This document shows positions 29,321 through 41,276 of a stretch of DNA of 64,000 nt, one piece after another. The position numbers and the translations under genes were made by a program. Each line of letters starts with the position of its first letter. The stretch's first letter is position 1. A model generated the notes under the pieces. It had not been told where the DNA came from and made no database searches. It worked only from the letters and a program-made list of their open reading frames with translations. This DNA is from an uncultured delta proteobacterium (GTDB taxonomy: Bacteria > Myxococcota_A > Polyangia > Fen-1088): positions 352,001 to 416,000 of the forward strand of contig CAWCMR010000009.1 in NCBI GenBank assembly GCA_963796685.1, in the 5' to 3' direction.

Positions 29321-29935
29321 TCACGCGACGAAGAACAACACGGCGAGGTAGTGACAGGCGCTGCCCCCCAGGACGAAGAGGTGCCAAACACCATGTCCAT
29401 AGCGCACCCCCTTCTTGCCCGCGACGTAGAAGAAGATTCCCCCGGTGTACAGCAGCCCCCCAGCGAGCAACCAGGCAAAGCCCTTCAGGGTCAGAAGGGA
29501 AATCAAGGGCACGACGGCCAACACTGCCAGCCATCCCATGAGCAAGTAGATCGAAAGCGACAGAATTCGACTTCGTTGGGCGCGCCACAGCTCCTGGACA
29601 ACACCGAGAGCCGCGAGCGTCCATATGGCGCCGAACAAGGGCCAACCCCCATGGCCACGAAGGGTGACCAACGTGAAAGGAGAATAGGTGCCCGCAATCA
29701 AGAGGTAGATCGCGCAGTGGTCGAGATTGCGCAGCATGGGCTTCGAAGGCCCGTGCGCGGAATGGTACAGGAACGAGGTGACATATTGACCGACGAGGGC
29801 CAGGCCGTAGAGGCTGAAGCTGGCGATCCGCCAGGGATCACCCAGGTGCGCGGCCGACAGAACAAGCGCGAGGGTCCCCCCCAACGCTAGAGCGGCGCCG
29901 ATGAGGTGACTGAGCGAATTGAATCTTTCTTCCAC
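29321..29935 (-). CDS. Hemolysin III (PAQR/TrhA) family membrane protein
   Basis: EERFNSLSH, SFLYH, LDHCAIYLLIAGTYSP, YLLMGW, HGVWHLFVLGGS.CHY. Confidence 0.93.
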   Translation of the reverse strand: MEERFNSLSHLIGAALALGGTLALVLSAAHLGDPWRIASFSLYGLALVGQYVTSFLYHSAHGPSKPMLRNLDHCAIYLLIAGTYSPFTLVTLRGHGGWPLFGAIWTLAALGVVQELWRAQRSRILSLSIYLLMGWLAVLAVVPLISLLTLKGFAWLLAGGLLYTGGIFFYVAGKKGVRYGHGVWHLFVLGGSACHYLAVLFFVA

Positions 29936-29993
29936 GTGAAGGCTCTCGCCCGAGGGACTCTTGGGGTGGCGGATTATGGTACACCAACCACCG

Positions 29994-30479
29994 ATGGACA
30001 GTCGAAGCGGGGCCGGCCCATACGAAGTGCCGAAGGCGGATCTCAACCAGCCTGGCTCGGCCGAGCGCCCGCCTCGACCATCCGTGGGCGATGTCTTGCT
30101 GGTGATGCTCCTGCAACTCGCCGCGGTCGCCATCCTCGGCCGCGCCCTTCCACCCCTCCTCGGTCGGTCCTGGCCAGGCTATCCGTTCGCCGGGCGTATG
30201 ATCGGGGCCGCGACGTTTGCCATGCTCGAAAAGCGACATCGCCCCGGGTCGCGCCCGCTTGGCTTCATCGCCTTGCTTGCCCTGTGGGCGACCTTGGCGT
30301 GGCTGCTCTTCACCGTGCTCTCGATGGGGGTATTCCTGGGCTTGCCGAACCATTGGCCAACCCCTGGCATCGAATGGCTCGCGACTGCCAACAGGCTTCT
30401 CGTCAGCGGCGCAAGCACCTTTGTCGCAACGGTGGCGGGATTGTGGCTGGGCTCGCGCGCAAGCGCCCGACGATTCTAG
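29994..30479 (+). CDS. Hypothetical membrane protein (about 4 TM)
   Basis: Hydrophobic segments; PYEVPKADL N-terminal motif; fills the gap between genes. Confidence 0.55.
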   Translation: MDSRSGAGPYEVPKADLNQPGSAERPPRPSVGDVLLVMLLQLAAVAILGRALPPLLGRSWPGYPFAGRMIGAATFAMLEKRHRPGSRPLGFIALLALWATLAWLLFTVLSMGVFLGLPNHWPTPGIEWLATANRLLVSGASTFVATVAGLWLGSRASARRF

Positions 30480-32039
30480 CCAGGGGGCAAGCAGTCCGTG
30501 GGCCGGGCGATTGCGACGAGAGCCTGGGCCGCGGCTTGCAGATCCGCGGATTCGTAGGGTTTGGACAGGAGTCGGGTGACGCCACGCTCCTTGAGCGCCT
30601 CCGCGGACATCGATTCGCCGATACCCGACACCATCAGGATGGGAAGGTCCGGGCGGGTCGCAAGCACATTGGCAACGAGCTCCAGGCCGGTCATGTGAGG
30701 CATCGTGTTGTCGGTGACGAGCAAGTCGAACCGACAGGGATCGGATCGAAATTCCTCGAGGGCCTGCAAACTGGACGTGTGCGCGGTAACGTCGAAGCCG
30801 ACGGCTTCGAGCACGCGCCGCCCGAGAGCGGCCAGCCGCTCTTCGTCCTCGACGAAGAGGATCCGGTGCCGCTGCGGGCGGACCCCATCGGCGCCATCCA
30901 TCACCTGCGCGTTCAACGGGGCCGCGGGAAGGTATACGTCGAAACAGGTTCCCTCGCCCACGCGGCTCGCGACTTCGATGCCTCCGCCCAGGGAAAGAAC
31001 GATTTGTCTGATGACCGACAGTCCGAGCCCGGTGCCTTCGCCTTGGGGTTTGGTGGTGAAGAAGGGCTCGAAAATGCTTCCAAGCATCTTGTCAGGAATG
31101 CCGGTCCCCGTGTCCGACACACGCAGCCGCACGTGAAGCCCCGGACGCATGCCCGTGTGCGCGGCCACGAACGTCTCATCCACGGTCACGGGCCCCACGC
31201 GAATCTCCAGCACCCCCCCATGGTTCTTCATGGCGTGAGCCGCGTTGGTGGCCAGGTTCATGGCGATCTGGTGCAACTCGTTTCCGTCGGCGACAACCTG
31301 GGGCGTGGTCGCATCGAACCCCTCGCGAATCTCGATGTTGAGCGGCAGCGTGGCACGCAACAGATGGATGGCCTCGCGAACCGGTGCTTCGATGCTGGTG
31401 GGCGCGCGCGTCGGCTGCGACTTTCGCGTGAAGAACAGGATGCGGTTCACGAGATCGCGCCCGCGCCGGGCGGTGTCGATGACGACGTCGAGATCCTCTT
31501 TCACCAAGGGAAGACCCTTGACGGCTTCACGCGCCAGCTCGGTGTAGCCGATGATGCCGAGCAAGATGTTGTTGAAGTCGTGCGCGATGCCGCTGGCCAG
31601 GTTGCCGATGGCCTCCAGCTTGTGCGTCTGGCGCAAGCGTTCTTCCAGGCCGCGTCGTTCGCTGACGTCCACGATGGTGCCAAGGATGAAGACGCCCTCG
31701 GGGGTCGCGATGGGGGAAAGACCGATCTCGACGGGGATCTCGCGCCCGTCCTTGTGGCGGGCGAAGAGCTCGCGTCCGGCACCCATGCGCCGGGCGGTGG
31801 GCTCGTGCGTGTACTGGCCGCGCAGCTTTGCGTGCCCCCGGACAAAATGATCGGGCACCAGCAGCTCCACCGACTGCCCGAGGAGCTGCGTCGCGGGAGT
31901 AGCCGCACAACCGCTCGACCTCCTGGTTGACCGCCGTGATGACGCCACCCCCGTCGACGACGATCAACCCCGACGGGCACCGTTCGAAAGCGGTTCTGAT
32001 GAACTCGTCGCTGACTTCCCTCGGGATCTGTCGCGCCAT
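30476..32039 (-). CDS. PAS hybrid histidine kinase (PAS-HisKA-HATPase-REC); one frameshift near 31888
   Basis: PAS split across frames (GYSRD / LLGQSVELLVP), repaired by removing one base; AHDFNNIL; EPFFTTK; GTGLGL; ILFVEDE. Confidence 0.88.
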
Positions 32040-32216
32040 GGCTCTCCCCTCGGAGGGATGCACGCTAGCATGGCAAACTCCTCGTGCCAGGACCACGGCG
32101 ATGTGGCCACGCACGTCCGCTTGCCTCACCGGTACGTATCGCGACGCCGATCGGCGGCATCAATCCCGGACGCTGGGAAGCTGCTCAAGCGACGGGAGCC
32201 GTTCGACACCAGCCGC

Positions 32217-33398
32217 CTAGAACTCCGGCTGATGAAAGGCCGGCGTGGGACGAGCGAAGAGGAAACCCTGGAAGAAGTCGCATCCAAGGTCGCAAAGGAT
32301 GTCCCGTTCGGCAGGCGTTTCCACGCCCTCGGCGACGAGCATCATCTCCATTTCGCGACACAGGGACGCAACCGAGGCCACGAGCTTGCGTTTGACGGGG
32401 TTGGCCTCGATCCCGCGAATGAGATTCATGTCGACCTTCACGATGTCTGGATCCAGCACGGCAAAGCTGGTCAGACCTGCATAACCGGCGCCCAGGTCGT
32501 CGACGGCGATGCGAAAACCAAGCCTGCGCAATTCGGCCACGCGTTCGCGAACCTCTTCCAATCTGGTCAACGGCGAGCGTTCGGTGATTTCCAGCACCAC
32601 TCGGGAAGCCATGCCCACGAGAGGAGAGGACGGTTCGACGAGTTGCGGATCGAGCAGGTCGTCGGGGTGCAAGTTGATGAACAGCAGCCAATCCCGGCTC
32701 ATCAGCGAGCGACGACCGGCGGCGAAGGCCCGCGTGGCGCGACCCAGCCTTTGCGTGGCCCCCAGCCGCTCGGCAGCGCTGAGCATGTCTTCGGGCCCGG
32801 GCAGCGAGGGCTCGCGGCTGCGCAAGAGAGCCTCGTAACCGAGGATGCTCTTGGTGGAGAGCGACACGATCGGCTGGAAGGCCATGCCGAAGGAGGCCAT
32901 CGCCCGCTCGAAGCTGGCCTCGAGGCCCGCGCAATCCGACGGCCCGGCTATCCCCGCCAGCCCCAAGGCCTCGCGCTTGAGGCACGCCAGGCGATAGAGC
33001 TGCGTGGCTTGCACGACGGTGCGGCGCAGGTGCTCGAGGTCGAAGGGTTTGGGCAGGTAGCGAAAGGCGCCGTATTCGACGGCCTGGGCCGCGCCCTCCC
33101 AGGAAGGGTGTCCCGTGACCAAGACCACGGGCAGATCCGGATCCTGCTCGCGAACCGCGCGCAGGAGATCGAGGCCGGTCATGCCGGGCAAGTTGATGTC
33201 GCTGACGGCCGCGGCGAGGCCGCCCTGCTTGATGCGCGCCAGGGCATCCGTCGCGCACTCGCAAGTGACGACCTCGAAGGTTTCCTCCAAGGCTCGGGCC
33301 AGCATGCGCAACACGAACGATTCGTCGTCCACGACGAGGACGGTCTCGCGCGATCCCGGACATCTCGCATAGTCTTGTCCCGTTTCCCTGGAGTGCAT
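32217..33398 (-). CDS. REC-EAL c-di-GMP phosphodiesterase response regulator
   Basis: VLVVDDE, SDINLPG; GYEALLR, LFINL, LEITE, DDLGAGY, VKVD, AEGVET, QGFL. Confidence 0.93.
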   Translation of the reverse strand: MHSRETGQDYARCPGSRETVLVVDDESFVLRMLARALEETFEVVTCECATDALARIKQGGLAAAVSDINLPGMTGLDLLRAVREQDPDLPVVLVTGHPSWEGAAQAVEYGAFRYLPKPFDLEHLRRTVVQATQLYRLACLKREALGLAGIAGPSDCAGLEASFERAMASFGMAFQPIVSLSTKSILGYEALLRSREPSLPGPEDMLSAAERLGATQRLGRATRAFAAGRRSLMSRDWLLFINLHPDDLLDPQLVEPSSPLVGMASRVVLEITERSPLTRLEEVRERVAELRRLGFRIAVDDLGAGYAGLTSFAVLDPDIVKVDMNLIRGIEANPVKRKLVASVASLCREMEMMLVAEGVETPAERDILCDLGCDFFQGFLFARPTPAFHQPEF

Positions 33399-33593
33399 GA
33401 ACCCACCTTCTGACCTCGGACCGGCCTCCCCGCCCGACGGGGCTGCCCGACACAGGAGCCTTCTTGATTCGCCGCGGGCAGAAGTCATCGGGCCTCCTTC
33501 CCAAGAACTTTAGATACCGACGGGGCCGGAATGATTCAAGTGATGGAACGGTACGGCCAGCCCGTGGTCTGATAAGGTTCTGCCCGCCCCGTC

Positions 33594-34592
33594 GTGATCC
33601 ACGTCAGCAGTCTGAGCAAAACCTATCGTGTCCATCGCAGGCCTCCGGGCCTGTGGGCGTCGGTACGGTCATTGGTCCATCGCAACTACGAAAACGTGCA
33701 CGCGCTTGCCGAAGTCAGCTTCGCCATCGCGCCCGGGGAGCGTGTCGGCTTTCTCGGCCCCAACGGCGCGGGCAAGACCACGGCGCTCAAGATCCTGTCC
33801 GGCCTGCTCTACCCGACCAGCGGCAAGGTGACCGTCGGAGGGTTCATCCCGCACGAGCGGCGCGCGGAGTTTCTGGGCACCATCACCCTCATCATGGGGC
33901 AGAAGCAACAGCTCATGTGGGATCTGCCGCCGTCCGAAACCTTCGCCATGAACCGCGCCCTCTTCGACCTGCCGAGGCGCGAAGCCGATGCCGTCCAGAG
34001 CGAGCTGGTCGAGCTGCTGCAAGTCGGGCCGCTGCTGGGCAAGCCCTGCCGCCAGCTATCGCTCGGCGAGCGCATGAAGTGCGAGCTCGTGGCCGCCCTG
34101 CTGCACCGGCCGAAGGTGCTGTTCCTCGACGAGCCCACCATCGGCCTCGACGTTTCGATGCAGGCCCAGCTGCGCGACTTCATCCGCCGCCACAACGAGG
34201 CCACCGGCGCGACCATCCTGCTCACCAGTCATTACATGGCCGACGTGGCCGCGCTGTGCCCGCGGGTCATCGTCATCGACAAGGGCCACTTGGTCTACGA
34301 CGGCGATCTCAAGGCCTTGGCCCGTCGCATTCGTCCCGAGAAGCGTATCACTCTGCACTTCGCCTCGGTGCCCACACCGGGCAGCCTGGACCGACTGGGC
34401 CATTGCGTGGCACGTTCGGATTCACAAGCCACCCTGTCGGTTCCCGCGGCGCAGGTGACCGAGGCAGTTCGCGCCGCGCTGGAACAACTACCCATCGCCG
34501 ATATTTCGGTCGAGGATCCGCCGCTGGAGGAAATCATGCGCGAGTTCCTGGGTGGCCAGCGCCACGGCGGCGAAGCCGGGACGCCGGTATGA
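33594..34592 (+). CDS. ABC transporter ATP-binding protein (ABC-2 type)
   Basis: GPNGAGKTT, LSLGERMK, FLDEPTIGLD, TSHYM. Confidence 0.95.
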   Translation: MIHVSSLSKTYRVHRRPPGLWASVRSLVHRNYENVHALAEVSFAIAPGERVGFLGPNGAGKTTALKILSGLLYPTSGKVTVGGFIPHERRAEFLGTITLIMGQKQQLMWDLPPSETFAMNRALFDLPRREADAVQSELVELLQVGPLLGKPCRQLSLGERMKCELVAALLHRPKVLFLDEPTIGLDVSMQAQLRDFIRRHNEATGATILLTSHYMADVAALCPRVIVIDKGHLVYDGDLKALARRIRPEKRITLHFASVPTPGSLDRLGHCVARSDSQATLSVPAAQVTEAVRAALEQLPIADISVEDPPLEEIMREFLGGQRHGGEAGTPV

Positions 34593-35422
34593 AGCACCTG
34601 TGGGCCAGCCGAACGCTCGCCGCGGCACGACGATGGCTACGCGCCTACCCGAGCCTTTTGCGCGTGGGCCTGGCGGACATGTTGGCCTATCGTGCCGAGT
34701 TCCTGGTGTGGATCCTGTCCATGAACATGCCGCTGGTCATGATGGCGCTGTGGACCGCGGTGGCCGCCGACGGGCCGGTCGGCCGATTCGGCAAGCAGGA
34801 GTTCGTCGCCTACTACCTCGGCATGCTGATCGTCCGTATCCTGACCGGTTCGTGGCTGGTGTGGGAGCTGACCATGGAGATCAGGCGCGGCACGCTGGCC
34901 ATCCGCCTTCTGCGCCCTATCCATCCCTTGTGGGCGTTCAGCGCCATGCAGCTCGCGGCGGTTCCCCTGCGCGCGCTCGTCATCTCGCCCCTGGTTGTCG
35001 TCTTGTACTGGGTCGCGGGAGCGAGCCTGCCCATGCACGATCCCGAGCGCCTCGCCATCGTGTTCGCATCCATCGCCGGCGCATGGCTGTTGCTCTTTCT
35101 GGTCATGGCCATCATCGGCATGCTGGCGGCCTACGTCGAGAGCGCCTTGTCGGTCTTCGATCTGTGGCTGGGCGCCCAGGCCATCCTGTCGGGCTTCCTG
35201 GTTCCGCTCGAGCTCATGCCGCCGTGGGTGGCGCGGCTGGCGCGCGTGCTGCCCTTCCGCTACATCCTGGGTTTCCCGGTGGAGACCTTGATTGGCCTCG
35301 AAAGCGACGCCGTCGCCCTGCGCGAGCTGGGCGTGCAGTGGCTGTTCGTGGCCGGCGCATTTGTCATGATGGTGCTCCTGTGGCGCAAAGCCCTGCAGCG
35401 GTTCGCGGCCTTCGGAGGATGA
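34589..35422 (+). CDS. ABC-2 family permease
   Basis: LAYRAEF, EIRRGTLAIRLLRP, SGFLVPLELMP, LPFRY; 4-bp overlap with the ATPase gene. Confidence 0.9.
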   Translation: MKHLWASRTLAAARRWLRAYPSLLRVGLADMLAYRAEFLVWILSMNMPLVMMALWTAVAADGPVGRFGKQEFVAYYLGMLIVRILTGSWLVWELTMEIRRGTLAIRLLRPIHPLWAFSAMQLAAVPLRALVISPLVVVLYWVAGASLPMHDPERLAIVFASIAGAWLLLFLVMAIIGMLAAYVESALSVFDLWLGAQAILSGFLVPLELMPPWVARLARVLPFRYILGFPVETLIGLESDAVALRELGVQWLFVAGAFVMMVLLWRKALQRFAAFGG

Positions 35423-36237
35423 CGGTGAAACGCGACTACCCGCGCAGCCTGCGCCGCTACGCCCGCCTGTTCTCCGTGCAGTTGCGCACCTCGTTCACCC
35501 TTGCGGTGCAGTACCGCTTCGACTTCTTCATCGAGGGTCTGCTCGCGCTCCTCTGGCTGGGCATCACGCTGGTGCCCTTGATGGTGGTATTCGCGCGGCG
35601 GGCAACGGTCGCGGGCTGGAGCTACCCCGAGGCCCTGGTCGTGGTAGGGCTGTTCTCGGTGCTCAAGGCCGTGCTCGACGGCGCCATCACGCCCAGCCTC
35701 AACCACGTGGTCGACGGCATCCGCAAGGGCACCCTGGACTTCATCTTGCTCAAACCCGCGGATGCGCAATTCCTGGTGTCGACGGCGCGCTTCGACCCGT
35801 GGCGCATCCTGGACCTGCTCGGCAGCATCGCCATCGTCTTGTACGCACTTCGACGTCTGCACCACATTCCCTCGCTGTCGGAGACGCTCGCCGGCGCCGC
35901 CCTCTTTTCGGTCGCCATCTTGCTCATCTATTCGCTGTGGATTTTGGTGGTCAGCCTGTCCTTCCGCGTGGTCAAGGTCGACAACCTGTCCTATCTCTTC
36001 ATGTCCATCTTCGATGCCGGCCGCTGGCCCATCAGCGTCTTCAAGGGCGCCCTGCGCGTGCTCTTCACCGTGGTCTTCCCGCTCGCGCTCATGACCACCT
36101 ACCCCGCGCAAGCCCTGCTCGGCCACCTGTCCATCGAGCACACCATGCTGGCGGGCGCAGGCGGACTTCTCTTCGCAGGCTGCGCGCGTTGGATCTGGAT
36201 GCGCTCGCTGCAAGCGTATACGTCGGCGAGCTGGTAG
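35419..36237 (+). CDS. ABC-2 family permease
   Basis: QYRFDF, VAGWS, IRKGTLDFILLKP, RWPISVF, YTSAS; 4-bp overlap. Confidence 0.9.
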   Translation: MTVKRDYPRSLRRYARLFSVQLRTSFTLAVQYRFDFFIEGLLALLWLGITLVPLMVVFARRATVAGWSYPEALVVVGLFSVLKAVLDGAITPSLNHVVDGIRKGTLDFILLKPADAQFLVSTARFDPWRILDLLGSIAIVLYALRRLHHIPSLSETLAGAALFSVAILLIYSLWILVVSLSFRVVKVDNLSYLFMSIFDAGRWPISVFKGALRVLFTVVFPLALMTTYPAQALLGHLSIEHTMLAGAGGLLFAGCARWIWMRSLQAYTSASW

Positions 36238-36277
36238 CCAGACCGGCCCGCACCTGCTACCTTACGCTGCCCAATCC

Positions 36278-37900
<1,623 letters not shown>

Positions 37901-38022
37901 CGCGCCGGTTTGCTCCCAATTCAGCAAATCCATTCCTGATTTCTGGTAGGGTGAAGGTCGCTTTCGCGGACGCCGTCCCCAACGCGGCAGTCACGTTTGT
38001 CATCCGTCGAGTAGGTTCTGAA

Positions 38023-39291
38023 ATGAAGAGAACAACGTCGTTCTTTTTCGCGCTGATTCTGGTCGCCTCGCCGAGCTGCAAAGTCGACGATGATGGCTTG
38101 ACCTCGGTTGCCGATCCCGGGATGGGAAGCGGCGGCGCATCGGGCGCGGTCGAAGCGCACGACTCGGGAGCGGTCCCGGCCGGGACAGGCGGTCTGGGGA
38201 CGGGCGGCGTGACCGGAGCCGGTGGCGCGAAAGCCTCGGGCGGAACGACGGGAGTGGGTGGAACCAAGGCGACGGACGGCGCGCTTGGATTTGGCGGCTT
38301 GGGCGGTGGTCTCGGCTCGGAAGCGATCGATGCCTCCGGCACCGGCGGCATGGGTGGAGATGCCGCTTCCGGCGATGCGCCAGGAACCGGCGGTGGTGGC
38401 GGTGCTGGTGGAATCCCGAGCCGCGATGGCGCGGTCGACAGACCCGCCGGACCTGGCGGTGACGGCCCTCCGGCACCAAAGGCGGACGCCCGCCCGGACC
38501 GCCCCATCGATTTGCGCGTTGTCGACGCCCCCGCACCCTCCGACGACACCAACGACCTCGCAACCGTGGACGCCGGCTCCCCCATGACCCTGGTATGGTC
38601 CGACGAATTCGACGGCGACGCCAACACCGGCGTCGAGGCCACCAAGTGGAGCTACATCACCTGGGATCCCGGCCACGTGAACGACGAGCTCCAGAAATAC
38701 ACCAGCCGACTGGAGAACGTCTTCCAGGACGGGGCCGGCCACCTGGTCATCCGCGGGCTCGATAAGCCGGGCGCCGGTAACGAGTACACCTCGGGGCGAG
38801 TCCAGACGAACGGTCACTTCACCTTCCAATCCGGCCGCGTCGAGGTCCGCGCCAAGCTGCCCGCCGGGATCGGATCCTTCCCCGGCATCGTCGCCATGGG
38901 AAGCACCAGCAGCTGGCCGCAATGTGGAGAGCTGGCCATCATGGAACAGTATGGTCAGGACAAGAGCTGGTTCTACGTCAGCGCCACCGCCGGCGGGGCG
39001 AGCGGCTCGGGGGACACCGGCAACGTGAAGTACACCTTCCCCGACGCCACCACCGCTAGCCTCGATTTTCACGTCTACTCGCTCGATTGGTACGACGACC
39101 ACATCCTCTTCCAGGTGGATGGAATCGAAATCACGCGCACCACCTTCGCGACCTCGTCGCCTTTCCACACCATCCCGGAATACCTCATTCTCGACCTCGC
39201 GATCGGCGGAACCATGGGCGGCACCATCGATCCCGACGCCTTCCCCATGGAGATGATCGTGGACTACGTGCGCGTCTATGCGTTTGACTGA
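38023..39291 (+). CDS. GH16 glycoside hydrolase lipoprotein with Gly-rich linker
   Basis: LVWSDEFDG, NDELQKY, YTSGR, GRVEVRAKLP, GELAIME, FHVYSLDW, VDYVRVY. Confidence 0.88.
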   Translation: MKRTTSFFFALILVASPSCKVDDDGLTSVADPGMGSGGASGAVEAHDSGAVPAGTGGLGTGGVTGAGGAKASGGTTGVGGTKATDGALGFGGLGGGLGSEAIDASGTGGMGGDAASGDAPGTGGGGGAGGIPSRDGAVDRPAGPGGDGPPAPKADARPDRPIDLRVVDAPAPSDDTNDLATVDAGSPMTLVWSDEFDGDANTGVEATKWSYITWDPGHVNDELQKYTSRLENVFQDGAGHLVIRGLDKPGAGNEYTSGRVQTNGHFTFQSGRVEVRAKLPAGIGSFPGIVAMGSTSSWPQCGELAIMEQYGQDKSWFYVSATAGGASGSGDTGNVKYTFPDATTASLDFHVYSLDWYDDHILFQVDGIEITRTTFATSSPFHTIPEYLILDLAIGGTMGGTIDPDAFPMEMIVDYVRVYAFD

Positions 39292-39380
39292 CGAGTAACG
39301 CCCCATGGAATTCGGGACCTGGACCGTGCCGGCCACGGATGGCCAGCTCCACGACGTGAGCTGGCCCACCTGCCTTGCGC

Positions 39381-39543
39381 CTAGAGTACCGAACGGGTTG
39401 AGGGACCGAGTGAAATTGCGCAGTTGCGAGCGGCCCAAGGCGCGAGGAGGGAGAATACTCGACGTATTTGACCGACGAGCAACGCAGGGACGCGACGCAA
39501 ATGCGCGATTTCACGACGGGAGTCAACCCGTTCGGTGCTCTAG
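39381..39543. mobile_element. MITE-like 163-bp hairpin element with CTAG ends
   Basis: 21-bp terminal IR (CTAGAGTACCGAACGGGTTGA vs TCAACCCGTTCGGTGCTCTAG, 20/21) and internal 19-bp IR (39410-39428 vs 39496-39514, 17/19); no transposase. Confidence 0.7.
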
Positions 39544-41087
39544 CTGCCGCCGGCTTCGTCCATGTGGTAGCCGGCCTCGCCGTGGTCGAGGATGTCGAGG
39601 CCCTGCTCTTCGTTATCGGCGTCCGGGCGCAACCCCAGCACTGCCTTGAGGGCGTAGGCCAGGATGCCGGTTCCGATCAGGGCCATGGCGATGGTCACGC
39701 CCATGGCCTTGAGTTGCTCGATCCACAGGGTCTTGCCCACGAGCTGACCCAGGTTGGTGGCGAGATTGCCGTTGGCCTCGGTGGTGGCGAGGAAGCCGGT
39801 CACGAGAGCGCCCAGCGTGCCGCCCACGCCGTGCACGCCAAACGTATCGAGAGCGTCGTCGTACTTGAGAAGCGCCTTCAACTTGGTGCAGGCGAAATAC
39901 GGGACCACGCCTGCCAGCAGGCCGATGAGCACGGCGCCGGAGGGGGTGACGAATCCAGCCGCGGGCGTGATCACGACCAGACCGGCGACGACGCCCGAGC
40001 AGAAACCGAGCACCGTGGGCTTGCCACGCGTAGTCCATTCGATGAGCGGCCACACCGAGCCGGCAACCGCGGCGGCCAAGGTGGTGGCCACGAAGGCGCC
40101 GGCTGCGATGCCGTCGGCCGCGACCGCACTGCCCGCGTTGAAGCCATACCAGCCGACCCACAGCATCCCGGTGCCCACGGCGGTCAGCACCATGCTATGG
40201 GGCATGAAGGGCCGCCGGCCGAAGCCCTTGCGCGGCCCGAGGATGAGCGCGAGGAAGAGCGCCGACCATCCCGAGGACATGTGCACGACCGTGCCCCCCG
40301 CGAAGTCGATGGCCTTGATGCCGGCCCTGGGGTTGGCCAGGCCGTTCATCATGCCGTCCGCCCCCCACACCATGTGCGCGAGCGGGAAGTAGACGAGCAA
40401 CATCCAGCCCAGGATGAAGGCCATGACAGCCGAGTACTTCATGCGCTCGGCGATGGCGCCCACGATGAGGGCGGGCGTGATGATGGCGAACATCATCTGG
40501 TACATGGCGAACACGGACTGCGACACCCAGGGCCCGTAGTCCTGGTTGGGCGTCGAGGTCACGCCCTTGAGAAAGGCGAACTTCATCGAGCCCAGGATCG
40601 ACGCCCCGCTGGCCGAGCCGCTGCTGGCGAACACGGCGCTGTAGCCGAACGCCCACCACAGGATAGTCACCAGGCCCGCACACCCGAAGCACTGGGCGAT
40701 GACGGACAGGATGTTCTTGCGGCGGACCAGCCCGCCGTAGAAGAGCGCCAGGCCGGGCAAGGTCATGAAGAGCACGAGCGCGGACGAGGTCATCATCCAG
40801 CTGTTGTGACCCGGCCCGGGAGCGGTCAGGGTCTTGGGCGGGGTGTTGTTGATGTAGGCCTCGAAATCCGCGACCCGCGCGCTCAGGTCGGCCACGCTGG
40901 GCCCAGCCGCGGCGGGCGCGGGTGGGGCAGCACCTATGGCCGCGGCGGGCGCCAAAATCGGCTTGCCCGAATCTTCAGCGGAAGCCATTCTGGCGCCCAG
41001 AAGTCCGAGCACGAGCACCGGAACGAGCACGGTAACCAGAGCGATTTGCCTTGCCTGCATGAGCGACGGTCCTTTCTCTTCTGCCAT
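39540..41087 (-). CDS. amtB: Ammonium transporter (Amt)
   Basis: LVLFMTLPGLALFYGGLVR.KN, YQMMFAIITPAL..GAIAER, DFAGGTVVH, WVGWYGFNAGS, DDALDTFGVHG. Confidence 0.96.
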   Translation of the reverse strand: MAEEKGPSLMQARQIALVTVLVPVLVLGLLGARMASAEDSGKPILAPAAAIGAAPPAPAAAGPSVADLSARVADFEAYINNTPPKTLTAPGPGHNSWMMTSSALVLFMTLPGLALFYGGLVRRKNILSVIAQCFGCAGLVTILWWAFGYSAVFASSGSASGASILGSMKFAFLKGVTSTPNQDYGPWVSQSVFAMYQMMFAIITPALIVGAIAERMKYSAVMAFILGWMLLVYFPLAHMVWGADGMMNGLANPRAGIKAIDFAGGTVVHMSSGWSALFLALILGPRKGFGRRPFMPHSMVLTAVGTGMLWVGWYGFNAGSAVAADGIAAGAFVATTLAAAVAGSVWPLIEWTTRGKPTVLGFCSGVVAGLVVITPAAGFVTPSGAVLIGLLAGVVPYFACTKLKALLKYDDALDTFGVHGVGGTLGALVTGFLATTEANGNLATNLGQLVGKTLWIEQLKAMGVTIAMALIGTGILAYALKAVLGLRPDADNEEQGLDILDHGEAGYHMDEAGGS

Positions 41088-41276
41088 GAGTCCTAGTCGA
41101 GAGTCCCATTGGCAAAGTAAAGATCCGCGCCGGATGTAGCAAGGTGTTCCCCGGCCCTTTGTCGAGATTTTGCCCGCTTGAAACTGGCACTCCTTGCGAA
41201 AGCAACTGGAAAGAAACCTGATGGAAACAGAATCTCTGGAAGGGCAGTCCGGCCCTGCAATGCTAGAAACAACCCC

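Noticed and set aside
32068-32092. Sigma-54 promoter-like TGGCACG...TTTGC on the minus strand upstream of the PAS kinase
   Set aside because: GG-to-GC spacing is 12 rather than the required 10
41138-41200. Sigma-54 promoter for amt or dgt
   Set aside because: Plus-strand TGGCACTCCTTGC has 8-nt spacing; the minus-strand GG-N10-GC candidate has a poor -24 match
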